Shown here piece by piece: positions 18,747 to 27,398 of a stretch of 32,000 nt of DNA; within the stretch, counting starts at the first letter, position 1, and each line of letters starts with the position of its first letter. This stretch comes from Vibrio alginolyticus NBRC 15630 = ATCC 17749 (GTDB lineage Bacteria; Pseudomonadota; Gammaproteobacteria; Enterobacterales; Vibrionaceae). Below the pieces are notes generated by a model. It was not told the DNA's origin, made no database searches, and saw nothing but the letters and a program-made list of their open reading frames with translations. The translations under genes and the position numbers were made by a program. The stretch lies in contig NC_022349.1 of NCBI RefSeq assembly GCF_000354175.2, positions 540,001-572,000 of the forward strand, in the 5' to 3' direction.

Positions 18747-19625
18747 TTACGGATTCACATGCGAAAGAACAAAATCGACTAAGGTGCGATTTTTAAGGGA
18801 AAGCTGTTTTGAACGGTAAAGCAGGTGGATCGGTTTTGGCTTGGGAATGTGTGAATGGAGAATTTCTACCAAGGCGCCAGATTGGATTTCCTGTTCAACT
18901 AAGATCTTTGGTTGCAGAAGAACACCAGAGCCTTTTAACGCAGCAAACTTAAGCACATCACCATTGTTAGACGTTAATCGGGTGTTACTGTTTCCAAAGG
19001 TATTAGATGGCATGTTCACCACTTGTTGGCTTTCTCCTTGGTGATACTGAAACCCCAAACAATGATGATGTTCAAGGTCATCAAGCGATTGGATAGGGGC
19101 ATGTTGTTCAAGGTAAGAGGGTGAGGCGCAGTAAGTCATGTGGTATTCACCCAATTTTCTCGCGACTAACGACGAATCGACCAACTCACCGATTCGAATA
19201 ATCACGTCTGCTTCGCTTCGATATGGGTCAATCAAATTGTTGTCCAACATCAGCTCAACGTTCAAATCGGGAAATTCAGCTAAGAAGTCAGCCACGATAG
19301 GAGCAATGACCTTTTTGCCATACGTGACAGGGCAGTTAACTTTTACTGTTCCGGTTGGACGGTTGATCAGCGTCTGGATTAAGTTCTCTGCGTTAGTGAT
19401 GTCTTCAATAATGCGGTGGCACTCTTGGTAGTAGAGTTTACCGGCTTCGGTTAAGGACTGTTTGCGCGTGGTCCGATGAATCAGCTGTGTACCTAAGCTT
19501 TGCTCAAGAAAGCTCACGTGCTTGCCAACCATGGTCGGTGAAATATCAAAGTGGTGTGCAGCATTACGAAAGCTGCCGTGTTCGACCACGTAAGCGAAAA
19601 CTTTCATGCTTGTTAATTTATCCAT
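18747..19625 (-). CDS. LysR-family transcriptional regulator
   Basis: The N-terminal wHTH MDKLTSMKVFAYVVEHGSFRNAAHHFDISPTMVGKHVSFLEQSLGTQLIHRTTR is followed by a LysR substrate-binding domain. I prefer the ATG at 19625 (292 aa) over the track start at 19676. The extra 17 residues are not LysR-like and cover a putative operator. Confidence 0.85.
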   Translation of the reverse strand: MDKLTSMKVFAYVVEHGSFRNAAHHFDISPTMVGKHVSFLEQSLGTQLIHRTTRKQSLTEAGKLYYQECHRIIEDITNAENLIQTLINRPTGTVKVNCPVTYGKKVIAPIVADFLAEFPDLNVELMLDNNLIDPYRSEADVIIRIGELVDSSLVARKLGEYHMTYCASPSYLEQHAPIQSLDDLEHHHCLGFQYHQGESQQVVNMPSNTFGNSNTRLTSNNGDVLKFAALKGSGVLLQPKILVEQEIQSGALVEILHSHIPKPKPIHLLYRSKQLSLKNRTLVDFVLSHVNP

Positions 19626-19638
19626 TGCACACCCAGAG

Positions 19639-19672
19639 TTGATAAAGAAATAACTAAAGCAGAGTTTATCAA
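19639..19672. promoter_or_regulatory. Inverted repeat in the LysR / ABM divergent intergenic region (candidate operator)
   Basis: TTGATAAA-N18-TTTATCAA has perfect 8-bp arms and sits between the divergent starts 19625 and 19729. The spacing is not the classic T-N11-A, so the assignment is tentative. Confidence 0.3.
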
Positions 19673-19728
19673 TCAAACGAGGTTAATTACAGTGGGCGTA
19701 TGATTAAGAATGGAGAAAGAGATCCATC

Positions 19729-20016
19729 ATGAATGAGACGATTTTTGTTACCGCCGAACTGAAAATGAATGCCGATAAGCCAAGACAACAAGTAGTTGAA
19801 GCCATTGAACAATTTTGCCTTGATATGCAAAGCGAAGCGGGGTGCTTGCAAGCGAGTGCGACCTACGATTCTAAAGATCCACAACGTGTGATTCTTTGGG
19901 AGCGATATGAAAACCGCGCCGCGATTGAAGCGCATTTTGCTATGCCGCATACACAAGCGTTTATTGCGGCTGAAATGGCAGAGTTAGTTCAAGCATTCGA
20001 AACCCAAGCTCAATAG
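19729..20016 (+). CDS. ABM-domain protein (antibiotic biosynthesis monooxygenase / putative quinol monooxygenase family)
   Basis: 95 aa with the ferredoxin-like ABM pattern: FVTAELKM…EAGCL…RVILWERYENRAAIEAHFAMPHTQAF. Confidence 0.75.
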   Translation: MNETIFVTAELKMNADKPRQQVVEAIEQFCLDMQSEAGCLQASATYDSKDPQRVILWERYENRAAIEAHFAMPHTQAFIAAEMAELVQAFETQAQ

Positions 20017-20027
20017 GAGAGGCGAAC

Positions 20028-21005
20028 ATGAAATGGGGTATTTTAGGCACAAGCTTTATCTCAGGTGTCATGGCTGAGGCAATCCAAGGCGATGACAAGA
20101 GTGAACTGTACGCGGTTGCTGGGCGTTCGGAGCAGAACTTAAAGACATTCGCTGAGCAATATGGCATCGAGAATACGTTCAACGATTACGATGCGTTGAT
20201 TGCCGATGAGCAAGTCGACATTATTTACATCGCATTGCCAAATCACCTTCATCATGACTTTATCGTTAAAGCGGCAGAGCAGGGAAAAGCGATCCTGTGT
20301 GAAAAGTCACTGTCGGTAGATATGGAAAAAACCGAGTTGGCCCTAAAAGCAGTCGAAACGCACAAGGTATTCTTTGCTGAGGGTTTGATGTACTTACATC
20401 ACCCATTGATCAGCGAGTTGGTTTCTGTGCTTAAATCGGGAGAGATTGGTGAACTTCGCTCCATCCACACGTCTTATATTGCGTCGATTGCGCAGTTTGT
20501 TAATCCAGACAGTAAAGGTGCTTTGTATAACTTAGGTTGCTACCCAATGTCATTGGTGCATTTGGTGGTGAAAACCATGTTGGGTGAACAAGCCTTTGGA
20601 AACCGCTCTATGACGGCGATTGGTCGACGAGGTAACGATGGGAATATCTGTGAATCGAGTTTGATGATGCAATTCGGTGAGCAACAAACGGCGAGCGTAC
20701 ACACCGCCGAAGATCATGGATTGAAACACCAATTCACTATTCTGGGTAGTAAAGGCAGTATTACGTTAGACTCGAATCCATGGCTACCAACGCAAGACAA
20801 CCAGTTTAGTGTGGAAATTTACGAGACGTCGAAGCGCGAGGTGTCTGTATCGGCAGCTGGAGACGCTTTCTTCTATCAAGTGCGCAATATTCGCCAAGCG
20901 GTTGAAGCAGGGCGTACATCGTTAGAGAACCCTTGTGCAACATGGGAAGACTCTCACCGTATTATGCAGCTACTGACTGAGTGGGAATCACTGGCTTCAA
21001 AGTAA
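20028..21005 (+). CDS. Gfo/Idh/MocA-family NAD(P)-dependent oxidoreductase
   Basis: 325 aa. N-terminal Rossmann motif MKWGILGTSFIS and the EKS/EKP-type motif ILCEKSL. The start lies 9 nt after the stop codon of the ABM gene. Confidence 0.8.
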   Translation: MKWGILGTSFISGVMAEAIQGDDKSELYAVAGRSEQNLKTFAEQYGIENTFNDYDALIADEQVDIIYIALPNHLHHDFIVKAAEQGKAILCEKSLSVDMEKTELALKAVETHKVFFAEGLMYLHHPLISELVSVLKSGEIGELRSIHTSYIASIAQFVNPDSKGALYNLGCYPMSLVHLVVKTMLGEQAFGNRSMTAIGRRGNDGNICESSLMMQFGEQQTASVHTAEDHGLKHQFTILGSKGSITLDSNPWLPTQDNQFSVEIYETSKREVSVSAAGDAFFYQVRNIRQAVEAGRTSLENPCATWEDSHRIMQLLTEWESLASK

Positions 21006-21033
21006 GTCTGTACTTGAACCAATGAACATAAAA

Positions 21034-21070
21034 ACGGCGCACTAAATCCAATATTTGGTGCGCCGTTTTG
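21034..21070. terminator. Bidirectional terminator between convergent genes
   Basis: ACGGCGCAC / GTGCGCCGT form a 9-bp GC-rich stem with a 15-nt loop, flanked by AAAA upstream and TTTGTTTT downstream. Confidence 0.65.
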
Positions 21071-21088
21071 TTTTGGGTTCAGTCTCTG

Positions 21089-21775
21089 TTAAATGCGATT
21101 ATCGCCGGTGCTGAACGCAATGATTTGGCTGATCTCAGACAGGCTTCTGCCACTTTCTTGCTGCCATTGAACAAACGCTTTGTTGGTTGCATCGAGCGAT
21201 TTTTTCGTATCTTTGCCACCTTCAATGATCTTGCAATTGCGCAGGTAAGCCTCGACGTCGCTAGACAAGATGAAGGTATCAACGCCCATTTGACGAAGTG
21301 TGTAAGGGCCAGTATTTCCGCCTAGGCGATTACCGCGTTTCTTCAAATACGCCCACAGGTCGGTGATTTTATCTTGCGGCCAATCGGCAACCATTTTGCC
21401 AAACGAGCCGTATTCGATTTTTGCTTCGTGGATCATACGAGCGTTGGCAGGAATCGACATAACTTTAGTGAGGTGGCGAATGATGCGTTTGTCGGTTGCT
21501 TTGGTTTCCCATTGCTCATCTGACAGCATTAATAGCGGCTCAATCTTAAACCCAAAGAACACTTCTTCGAAGTTCGGCCACTTGTTGCGAACCACACTCC
21601 ACGAAATCCCACTTTGGAATACTTTCATCGAAAAAGCGGCCAGCCAACGGTCGTCGGGAATCGCTGCCAATTCTTCTTTGCTTAGTGGATGAGATAAAAG
21701 CGCTTCAAGTTGATCTTCACCACCTTTACGCTCGGCAGCGCGCTGATAAATCGCGTCAAATTTTTCGATACTCAT
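21089..21775 (-). CDS. DNA-3-methyladenine glycosylase I (Tag)-like protein, divergent
   Basis: VFQSGISWSVVRNKWPNFEEVFFGF…DKRIIRHLTKVMSIPANARMI…YLKKRGNRLGGNTGPYTLRQMGV parallels E. coli Tag blocks QAGLSWITVLKKRENYRACFHQF…AGIIRHRGKIQAIIGNARAY…ALKKRGFKFVGTTICYSFMQACGL. I prefer the start at M29 (21775), because the track start at 21859 would collide with the divergent small ORF. Confidence 0.65.
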   Translation of the reverse strand: MSIEKFDAIYQRAAERKGGEDQLEALLSHPLSKEELAAIPDDRWLAAFSMKVFQSGISWSVVRNKWPNFEEVFFGFKIEPLLMLSDEQWETKATDKRIIRHLTKVMSIPANARMIHEAKIEYGSFGKMVADWPQDKITDLWAYLKKRGNRLGGNTGPYTLRQMGVDTFILSSDVEAYLRNCKIIEGGKDTKKSLDATNKAFVQWQQESGRSLSEISQIIAFSTGDNRI

Positions 21776-21861
21776 AAAAGAAGTTAGTCCTAGTTTATGT
21801 CGATATTTGCGAAACATACTACGCTTAAGTGGCTGAATCGTAAATTGATGGAGTGTCACAA

Positions 21862-22056
21862 ATGAAGAAGGTCACATTAACGTTTGTCGGGGAAGGTTCG
21901 GATCGTATTGCGGAAAAATTCTATGCGTGGATGACGGACGGTGGGTTGGAAGACAGCATGATTGAGAATTTATCTGACCGTGAAATCTCAGTGGTCGGCA
22001 TCAGTGATATGGATAATGAAACGCGTGATGTGGTGATCAATACGGAAATGAATTAA
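21862..22056 (+). CDS. Small acidic hypothetical protein (64 aa)
   Basis: ATG at 21862 with GGAG upstream, followed by a strong terminator. The sequence MKKVTLTFVGEGSDRIAEKFYAWMTDGGLEDSMIENL… has no family I recognise. Confidence 0.45.
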   Translation: MKKVTLTFVGEGSDRIAEKFYAWMTDGGLEDSMIENLSDREISVVGISDMDNETRDVVINTEMN

Positions 22057-22093
22057 CGAGTCGACTTTCGTCAGCAAGCAGAATCAGATAAAA

Positions 22094-22119
22094 CAAAGCC
22101 CTTCACGAGAAGGGCTTTG
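22094..22119. terminator. Bidirectional rho-independent terminator (ends the small + ORF and the minus-strand Hsp70 operon)
   Basis: CAAAGCCCTTC-ACGA-GAAGGGCTTTG is a perfect 11-bp stem. TTGCGTTT follows on the + strand and TTTTATC follows on the - strand. Confidence 0.8.
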
Positions 22120-22141
22120 TTGCGTTTATGAGCATGGGAGC

Positions 22142-24967
22142 TTAGTTATTTACCAGCGTCAGACCGCTTGGCAGTGCATCACCGAAGATACGCTTCGATT
22201 CGCTCTCAGATAGCTCTTTGACTTCTTCAACCAATGATACCCAAGATTCAGGTACCTTGCTTTGCTTCAACTTAGCCAGTACCTGCTCACGGTAGTCGTC
22301 TGAGATATCGAATAGGCGGTCGCCTGTCTTACGACAAATCATTACGGCTGCGAAAGCGATCATTGGCTCTTTCTGCCAGTTCTGCTCTAACAGCTTAGGC
22401 AACCACTGTTCCGCTTGTTCACGAGGAACGACGTTATGCTGACTGCCATATAAAGGCGTACGTGATGCCAAGCGACCCATTGCCCACCAGTGTGCTTGTT
22501 CGAACTGGTTATGGTTGATGGCTTTGCTCAAGAACCACGTAGCCAATAGAACTTTGTCTTCGACTTCTAGATGCTCTAGAGAGGCAGACAAGCGAACCAT
22601 CGACTCGTAACCCATGTCTTGCGCTGCTTTGGCGGATTGTGGGTTTTTCATCGCGCCAGGGTGTAGGTATTTCGCGATGTCCGCCAAGATGGTCTCTTGC
22701 TGCTCTTGGCTTAAACCACCGGCAATGCGACGCCAGAATACCCACCAGTCAGTCCAACCTTGATGGTTCTTAAACTGAATGTTTTGCTGGTAGAGACCCC
22801 AAACTTGCTCAATGCGCCATGAGTCGGTTGGATCGCCAAAGCCCGGACGCAGTGCAAAACCTGCCAAACGAAGCCAGTTTTTCTCGTGTTGTTCAGAACG
22901 ACGGCGACGCTTACGACCTTGTGCAAAGGTATCGAACAGTTGACGTAGGGTAGTGAAATCCCATTCATCACGTTTGCCCAGTTTCTTCTCAAGATCTTTG
23001 GCTAAGGTTTTGATCTCTTTACTTTCCGCGCTTTTCTTATTACCGCTGTAAAGGCGAGCGATCAGCTCCTTACATTCGTTCAGTTTAGGGTGAAGCTTAA
23101 CTTGCTCGCTGTCATCGGTTTGCTTATTACGAACTTCGAATTCTAGCTCCCAACGTTTGCTATCGTCTTCTGCGCTGACACATTCCATCTTAAGTGTGCC
23201 GACTTCAGTCAACTGACACGCCAGTTGCACTTCTACACGCTCTTTCTGGTTGGCTTGTAGCTCGGCGCCTTCACCTTCAAGGGTGGTGATATAAGGCGGA
23301 AGAGGAGCAAACAAGTCCGGATCAACGTCAACCATCACACCGTTTTGAATAGCGGTGTTATTGGTTAAGGTGTCGTGGGTAGAAGTCAGCAGGTTAAAGC
23401 GAACGGGTTCACCTAGGGTAAGCGAGAAGCGACGACCACTTAAGCGGATCTCGTGTCCTTCTTCTGTACCTTTTGCAAGTAAACAAAGCGCTTTGCCCAT
23501 CTTGTTCTTTTCTTGAAGATGCAAGAAGTAAGAACGCGCTGCACCACCACCAATTTTTAGCTGTGCACCACGACGTGCTTTACCAAACGCAACAGCACCT
23601 AGTGCAACAGACCAATCTGGATGTGGGTTGTCTAATACCGTAACCGGAGCGCCGCGCCAATCGGACAGTAGGGTAGTGACTCGCTCAGTAACAAGTTCAC
23701 TATTGAACACACCACCGTTAAGTAGCAAACCGACTGGCATGGCATTTTGTTTGTCGTCTTCAATGCCAAGAGCGGCACGAGCAACTTGCTGATGCTGAGT
23801 TAAGAACTCGGCTACGTGTTTGCTCACCGCTGGGTCAGCAACGTATGGAAGACCAAACTCGACAACCGCGCTGCGACGTTTGTCTGGTACTTCACTGAAA
23901 TCAGAAAGCGGGAAGAAGCCATCTAAAGCGATTTGGTGCACTTCTTGTTTGCTCAGCCCAATACTCTTTGTTCCGCCAAGAAGTTTCGAGCCGCTGCCCA
24001 GCATGGTGATTTTCACTTCTTCAGGTGCATTCGCTGAAAGCAGGTTTTCTTTCGCTTTACGCGTTTGCTGAATCAACTTAGTCAGGCTTGCGGCAGTGAG
24101 CTTCTTACTTTGTTCCCCTTTATTTTGAGAAAGGCGGCTCTCCGCAAGGTGTGCTAATGCTAAATCGAGGTTATCACCACCAAGCATCAAGTGTTCGCCA
24201 ACGCCAATACGATCAAGGGCTAGTTCATCTTGAGAAGAGAAACTGGCTTCAATCAAGCTTAAGTCGGTAGTACCACCGCCCACATCACACACCAGAATCA
24301 GCGGTAACTCTTTGAGTTCATCAGCTGCGGTTTGCTGGTGGCGTGCGTACCAGTCGTAACATACGGCTTGTGGTTCTTCGAGCAGGACGATTTTTTTCAA
24401 ACCTGCCAACTCAGCGGCTTCAAGCGTGAGCTTACGAGCGGTTTCATCGAACGACGCTGGAACGGTCACAACCACATCTTGGTCTTCTAACTTATTGCTA
24501 GGATGACGGTAGTTCCATGCTTGACGAATATGGTTGAGGTAGCTTGCGCTGGCAATGACGGGAGAAACTTTATCTACGTCTTGCGCACCAGCCCAAGGAA
24601 GAATGTCTGAGCTACGATCCACGGCTTGGTGAGATAGCCAGCTTTTTGCACTGGATACCTGACGTCCTTCCACCTTAGCGCCTAACTCACGAGCCCATTC
24701 ACCCACGATCACATTACTAATGTCACCAGAGACAGGTTCGTTTTCCCAAGGGAGTGTTAGGTCAGAAGGGGAGATTTGACCAACCGCAGGGTGATAGCGG
24801 AAAGAGGGCAGCAATGGTTTACGAACCACTTCACCCGGACCAATCAATTGGTCGATGTCGAATAGGGATACTTCGGATTGTTCAAGGTTGTCGGTAATTT
24901 CACAATACGCCACCACAGTGTTTGTGGTGCCAAGGTCAATACCAACAAGAAAACGAGGAGATGCCAT
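22142..24967 (-). CDS. Non-canonical Hsp70-family ATPase 'B' (941 aa) with a ~320-aa Trp-rich alpha-helical C-terminal extension
   Basis: Actin/Hsp70-fold motifs: VGIDLGTTNT (phosphate 1), VTVPASFD, LLEEPQA, CDVGGGTTDLSL (phosphate 2), LGGDNLDLAL, LLNGGV (adenosine). It is paralogous to the upstream 654-aa protein. The tail (residues ~620-941) contains RKRRRR and 14 Trp by my count. Confidence 0.85.
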   Translation of the reverse strand: MASPRFLVGIDLGTTNTVVAYCEITDNLEQSEVSLFDIDQLIGPGEVVRKPLLPSFRYHPAVGQISPSDLTLPWENEPVSGDISNVIVGEWARELGAKVEGRQVSSAKSWLSHQAVDRSSDILPWAGAQDVDKVSPVIASASYLNHIRQAWNYRHPSNKLEDQDVVVTVPASFDETARKLTLEAAELAGLKKIVLLEEPQAVCYDWYARHQQTAADELKELPLILVCDVGGGTTDLSLIEASFSSQDELALDRIGVGEHLMLGGDNLDLALAHLAESRLSQNKGEQSKKLTAASLTKLIQQTRKAKENLLSANAPEEVKITMLGSGSKLLGGTKSIGLSKQEVHQIALDGFFPLSDFSEVPDKRRSAVVEFGLPYVADPAVSKHVAEFLTQHQQVARAALGIEDDKQNAMPVGLLLNGGVFNSELVTERVTTLLSDWRGAPVTVLDNPHPDWSVALGAVAFGKARRGAQLKIGGGAARSYFLHLQEKNKMGKALCLLAKGTEEGHEIRLSGRRFSLTLGEPVRFNLLTSTHDTLTNNTAIQNGVMVDVDPDLFAPLPPYITTLEGEGAELQANQKERVEVQLACQLTEVGTLKMECVSAEDDSKRWELEFEVRNKQTDDSEQVKLHPKLNECKELIARLYSGNKKSAESKEIKTLAKDLEKKLGKRDEWDFTTLRQLFDTFAQGRKRRRRSEQHEKNWLRLAGFALRPGFGDPTDSWRIEQVWGLYQQNIQFKNHQGWTDWWVFWRRIAGGLSQEQQETILADIAKYLHPGAMKNPQSAKAAQDMGYESMVRLSASLEHLEVEDKVLLATWFLSKAINHNQFEQAHWWAMGRLASRTPLYGSQHNVVPREQAEQWLPKLLEQNWQKEPMIAFAAVMICRKTGDRLFDISDDYREQVLAKLKQSKVPESWVSLVEEVKELSESESKRIFGDALPSGLTLVNN

Positions 24968-24984
24968 ACAAACCTTCGTGTATT

Positions 24985-25011
24985 TAAAAACGGCACCCGA
25001 TTGGATGCCGT
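24985..25011 (-). terminator. Intercistronic terminator-like hairpin between the two Hsp70 genes (possible attenuator)
   Basis: On the coding (minus) strand, ACGGCATCC-AATC-GGGTGCCGT forms a 9-bp stem with one U.G pair, followed by TTTTAAAT. It sits within the 56-nt gap between stop 25024 and start 24967. Confidence 0.5.
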
Positions 25012-25023
25012 TTGATTTTCTAT

Positions 25024-26988
25024 TTATTCTTCTTCGTTTGAGTTGCTTTTCGCGTCTTCGCGCACATCGAACTCAACATGCCATTTTTGACCGTTATCAG
25101 CGGCAATGGCTTCTAAGTAAAGCGTACCAAGCTCTGTCACGCGAGAAGCTAGGGTTACCGGAACCACTTCACCTTCACGGCGACCTTCAGATACAGGCAG
25201 CGTTACTTGGATTTCTGGTAGCTCTTCAAGCTCTTCTGGTGCCCAGTAGTCTAGGTGAGTACCCGCTAGGTCATCACGACGAACGGTTGAGCCGAAGAAT
25301 TGGAAGTTAACCGGCTGACCGATGATCAAACCAAACTCTTGGCTTGGTACGTCAACGCTTGAACCTTCTTCCATACCAAATGGTGCAACACAAAGTGCTT
25401 CCATTGGAGGCGCCATGCCCGGAATCGCTGGCATCGCACTTTCGATACCCACGTAGTACGCCGAAGCAATACCACCGCGGATACGAACGCCTTGACCACG
25501 ACGCACAGAGCCGTAGTAAGCCGCTCCGCTAGCAACTGCAAGGTCTAGATCCACACCTGTTAGGCGTTTTGCCATTTCAGCATCTGCTTCAATTAGCCAT
25601 TCGTTGATCGTGTCTTCTAGACGAGTTGCTAGAAGTTTCGATTTCAGAACACCACCGTTGAATAGGATTGCTGTTGGCTTGATGAAGTCAGCTGATTGGG
25701 CTGCATCCGAACCTGGCATACCAGGCATGTTAGCGAATGGGTTGAAATCTTGAGCTGCTGCTTCTGCGCCATTTCCTGAAGCAGAAAGAGCATTGGCTTG
25801 CTTAGACAAGAACGCTGCAATGTGACGAGTAATGCCTGCATCTTGTGCGTAAGGCAGACCCATTTGCGTTAGTGCACCACGGTTACGTTGAACAGGGTGA
25901 TCGGTAATCGCAACTTGAGGGAAGAAACCGTCAACTAATGTTTGTTGTACTTCTTCTTGAGTCAGTTCAGTTTTCAGCGTTGCACCAAGCAGTTTAGAAC
26001 CGCGACTTGGTACAACGATTGGCACTGACTGAAGCTCGCTGTCGTTCAATAGCGCTTCTTTAGCGTCACGACATGCGTGCGTCATCGCCTGAACTTGCCA
26101 TGGCTGTAGCTCTTTGCCTTCTTGCGCTAGCTTCATCTTCAAGCGGTACGCAAGTGCAAGGTCCATGTTGTCACCGCCAAGTAGGATATGTTCACCTACC
26201 GCGATACGGTTCAGAGTTAGGTTGCCTTCGTCTTCTGTTACTTCAACTAAAGAAAGGTCGGTTGTACCACCACCGATATCGACCACAAGCACGATGTCGC
26301 CAACTTCAACTTCGTCGCGCCATTTGTCGTTGCTGTTATCAATCCAGTTGTAAAGCGCAGCTTGAGGCTCTTCTAGAAGCGTTAGGTGCACAAAACCAAC
26401 GTTGCGTGCAGCTTCGGCTGTCAGGTCTCGAGCCGCAGGATCGAAAGAAGCTGGAACCGTAATGGTAACGTCTTGATCGGCAAGGTTGTGATTTGGATTG
26501 GTGTGATTCCAAGCGTCTTTTAGGTGCTCTAGGTAAAGCTCTGTCGCGCGAAGAGGGGATACTTTTTCCACTTCTTCTGGGCTACCTGCTGGTAAGAAGG
26601 CATCACGACGATTCACACCAGCGTGGCAAAGCCAAGATTTCGCACTTGCAACAAGGCGAATCGGTGTTTTTGAACCTAGGTTACGTGCAATAGCACCAAC
26701 CAGAGCTTTTGGCTCGCTCGACCACGGAAGAACGCGTGATTGCGGGTTCATTTCGTGTTCGTGTGGTTGGTAAAGGAAAGAGCCCAATTGGCTGCGAGTC
26801 TCTACCGTGCCCGGCGCAGTAAGTTGCGGGATAGGCATCACTTCAACGCGAGCGTCTTCGTCGTGAGTATCAACAAAAGACATGACGCAGTGTGTTGTAC
26901 CTAAGTCGATACCAACACTGAATTTAGGCGTCTGTTGAGTTTCAACAGACACTTCTCGAGAATGGTTTTCTTGGTTCATGTGTTCCAT
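25024..26988 (-). CDS. Non-canonical Hsp70-family ATPase 'A' (654 aa)
   Basis: VGIDLGTTHC, ITVPASFD, LLEEPQA, VDIGGGTTDLSL, LGGDNMDLAL, LFNGGV. No DnaK-type lid or EEVD tail. The start codon overlaps the upstream stop (TAATG at 26986-26990). Confidence 0.85.
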   Translation of the reverse strand: MEHMNQENHSREVSVETQQTPKFSVGIDLGTTHCVMSFVDTHDEDARVEVMPIPQLTAPGTVETRSQLGSFLYQPHEHEMNPQSRVLPWSSEPKALVGAIARNLGSKTPIRLVASAKSWLCHAGVNRRDAFLPAGSPEEVEKVSPLRATELYLEHLKDAWNHTNPNHNLADQDVTITVPASFDPAARDLTAEAARNVGFVHLTLLEEPQAALYNWIDNSNDKWRDEVEVGDIVLVVDIGGGTTDLSLVEVTEDEGNLTLNRIAVGEHILLGGDNMDLALAYRLKMKLAQEGKELQPWQVQAMTHACRDAKEALLNDSELQSVPIVVPSRGSKLLGATLKTELTQEEVQQTLVDGFFPQVAITDHPVQRNRGALTQMGLPYAQDAGITRHIAAFLSKQANALSASGNGAEAAAQDFNPFANMPGMPGSDAAQSADFIKPTAILFNGGVLKSKLLATRLEDTINEWLIEADAEMAKRLTGVDLDLAVASGAAYYGSVRRGQGVRIRGGIASAYYVGIESAMPAIPGMAPPMEALCVAPFGMEEGSSVDVPSQEFGLIIGQPVNFQFFGSTVRRDDLAGTHLDYWAPEELEELPEIQVTLPVSEGRREGEVVPVTLASRVTELGTLYLEAIAADNGQKWHVEFDVREDAKSNSNEEE

Positions 26989-27398
26989 TACAGCTCAACC
27001 TCAGCTGGAGCGATCACAGATGCGTCGTAGTTCTCAGCCAGTTTAGGCAACGTCATTGATGTTGCCTTCCAACCTTTGTGAACTAGCGTGCCGTTAAATG
27101 GCGCGCTGCCTGTTACGTTGCCAGTTAGGCGGATTTCTTGTGGGTTGAAGCCTTCTTCAACCGTAATGCGAGTTTCTTCGTCTTCGTTACGAACGTGCGC
27201 TAGCGTCACGTAGTCGTTCAGTACTTTCTGACCGCCAGTGTGGATTACGCGAGCGGCTGCGCCTACTTCTTCATCAGAGAATGACGTTAGGTCTTCTTTT
27301 AGGAAGTCAATCAGGCGAGCTTCTTGTTGCATGATAGAAAGCAGCTGCATTGCAGAGTCCGTTGACGCGGTTGCAAGTTTTGATTCAACTTCCACCAC
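26988..27398 (-). CDS. DUF2760-like domain protein (as drawn: 136 aa from GTG 27398); probably the C-terminal part of a longer membrane-anchored protein
   Basis: …LQLLSIMQQEARLIDFLKEDLTSFSDEEVGAAARVIH…FNGTLVHKGWKATSMTLPKLAE…VIAPAEVEL matches my recollection of the DUF2760 family. Translationally coupled to Hsp70-A. See the frameshift finding. Confidence 0.7.
   Translation of the reverse strand: MVEVESKLATASTDSAMQLLSIMQQEARLIDFLKEDLTSFSDEEVGAAARVIHTGGQKVLNDYVTLAHVRNEDEETRITVEEGFNPQEIRLTGNVTGSAPFNGTLVHKGWKATSMTLPKLAENYDASVIAPAEVEL

Noticed and set aside
23615-23623. HPD tripeptide in Hsp70-like B (…LDNPHPDWSV…), which might suggest a built-in J-domain
   Set aside because: It lies inside the ATPase domain, near the adenosine motif, with none of the surrounding four-helix J-domain context. 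It is a chance tripeptide.
1313-26693. Many 60-150-aa ORFs nested antisense or out of frame inside long genes. Examples: 1313..1615, 1813..2040, 5501..5824, 5788..5976, 7401..9080 set, 9529..9846, 10872..11114, 12435..12650, 14482..15682 set, 17178..18005 set, 18841..19431 set, 19687..19956, 19961..20182, 20550..20732, 21068..21692 set, 22509..22992, 23820..24071, 24855..25310, 25326..25841 set, 26073..26693 set, 28594..28782, 29680..29910, 31163..31916 set
   Set aside because: All are embedded in longer ORFs with strong family signatures on the other strand or frame. They lack SD sequences and recognisable motifs, and their compositions are typical of shadow ORFs.
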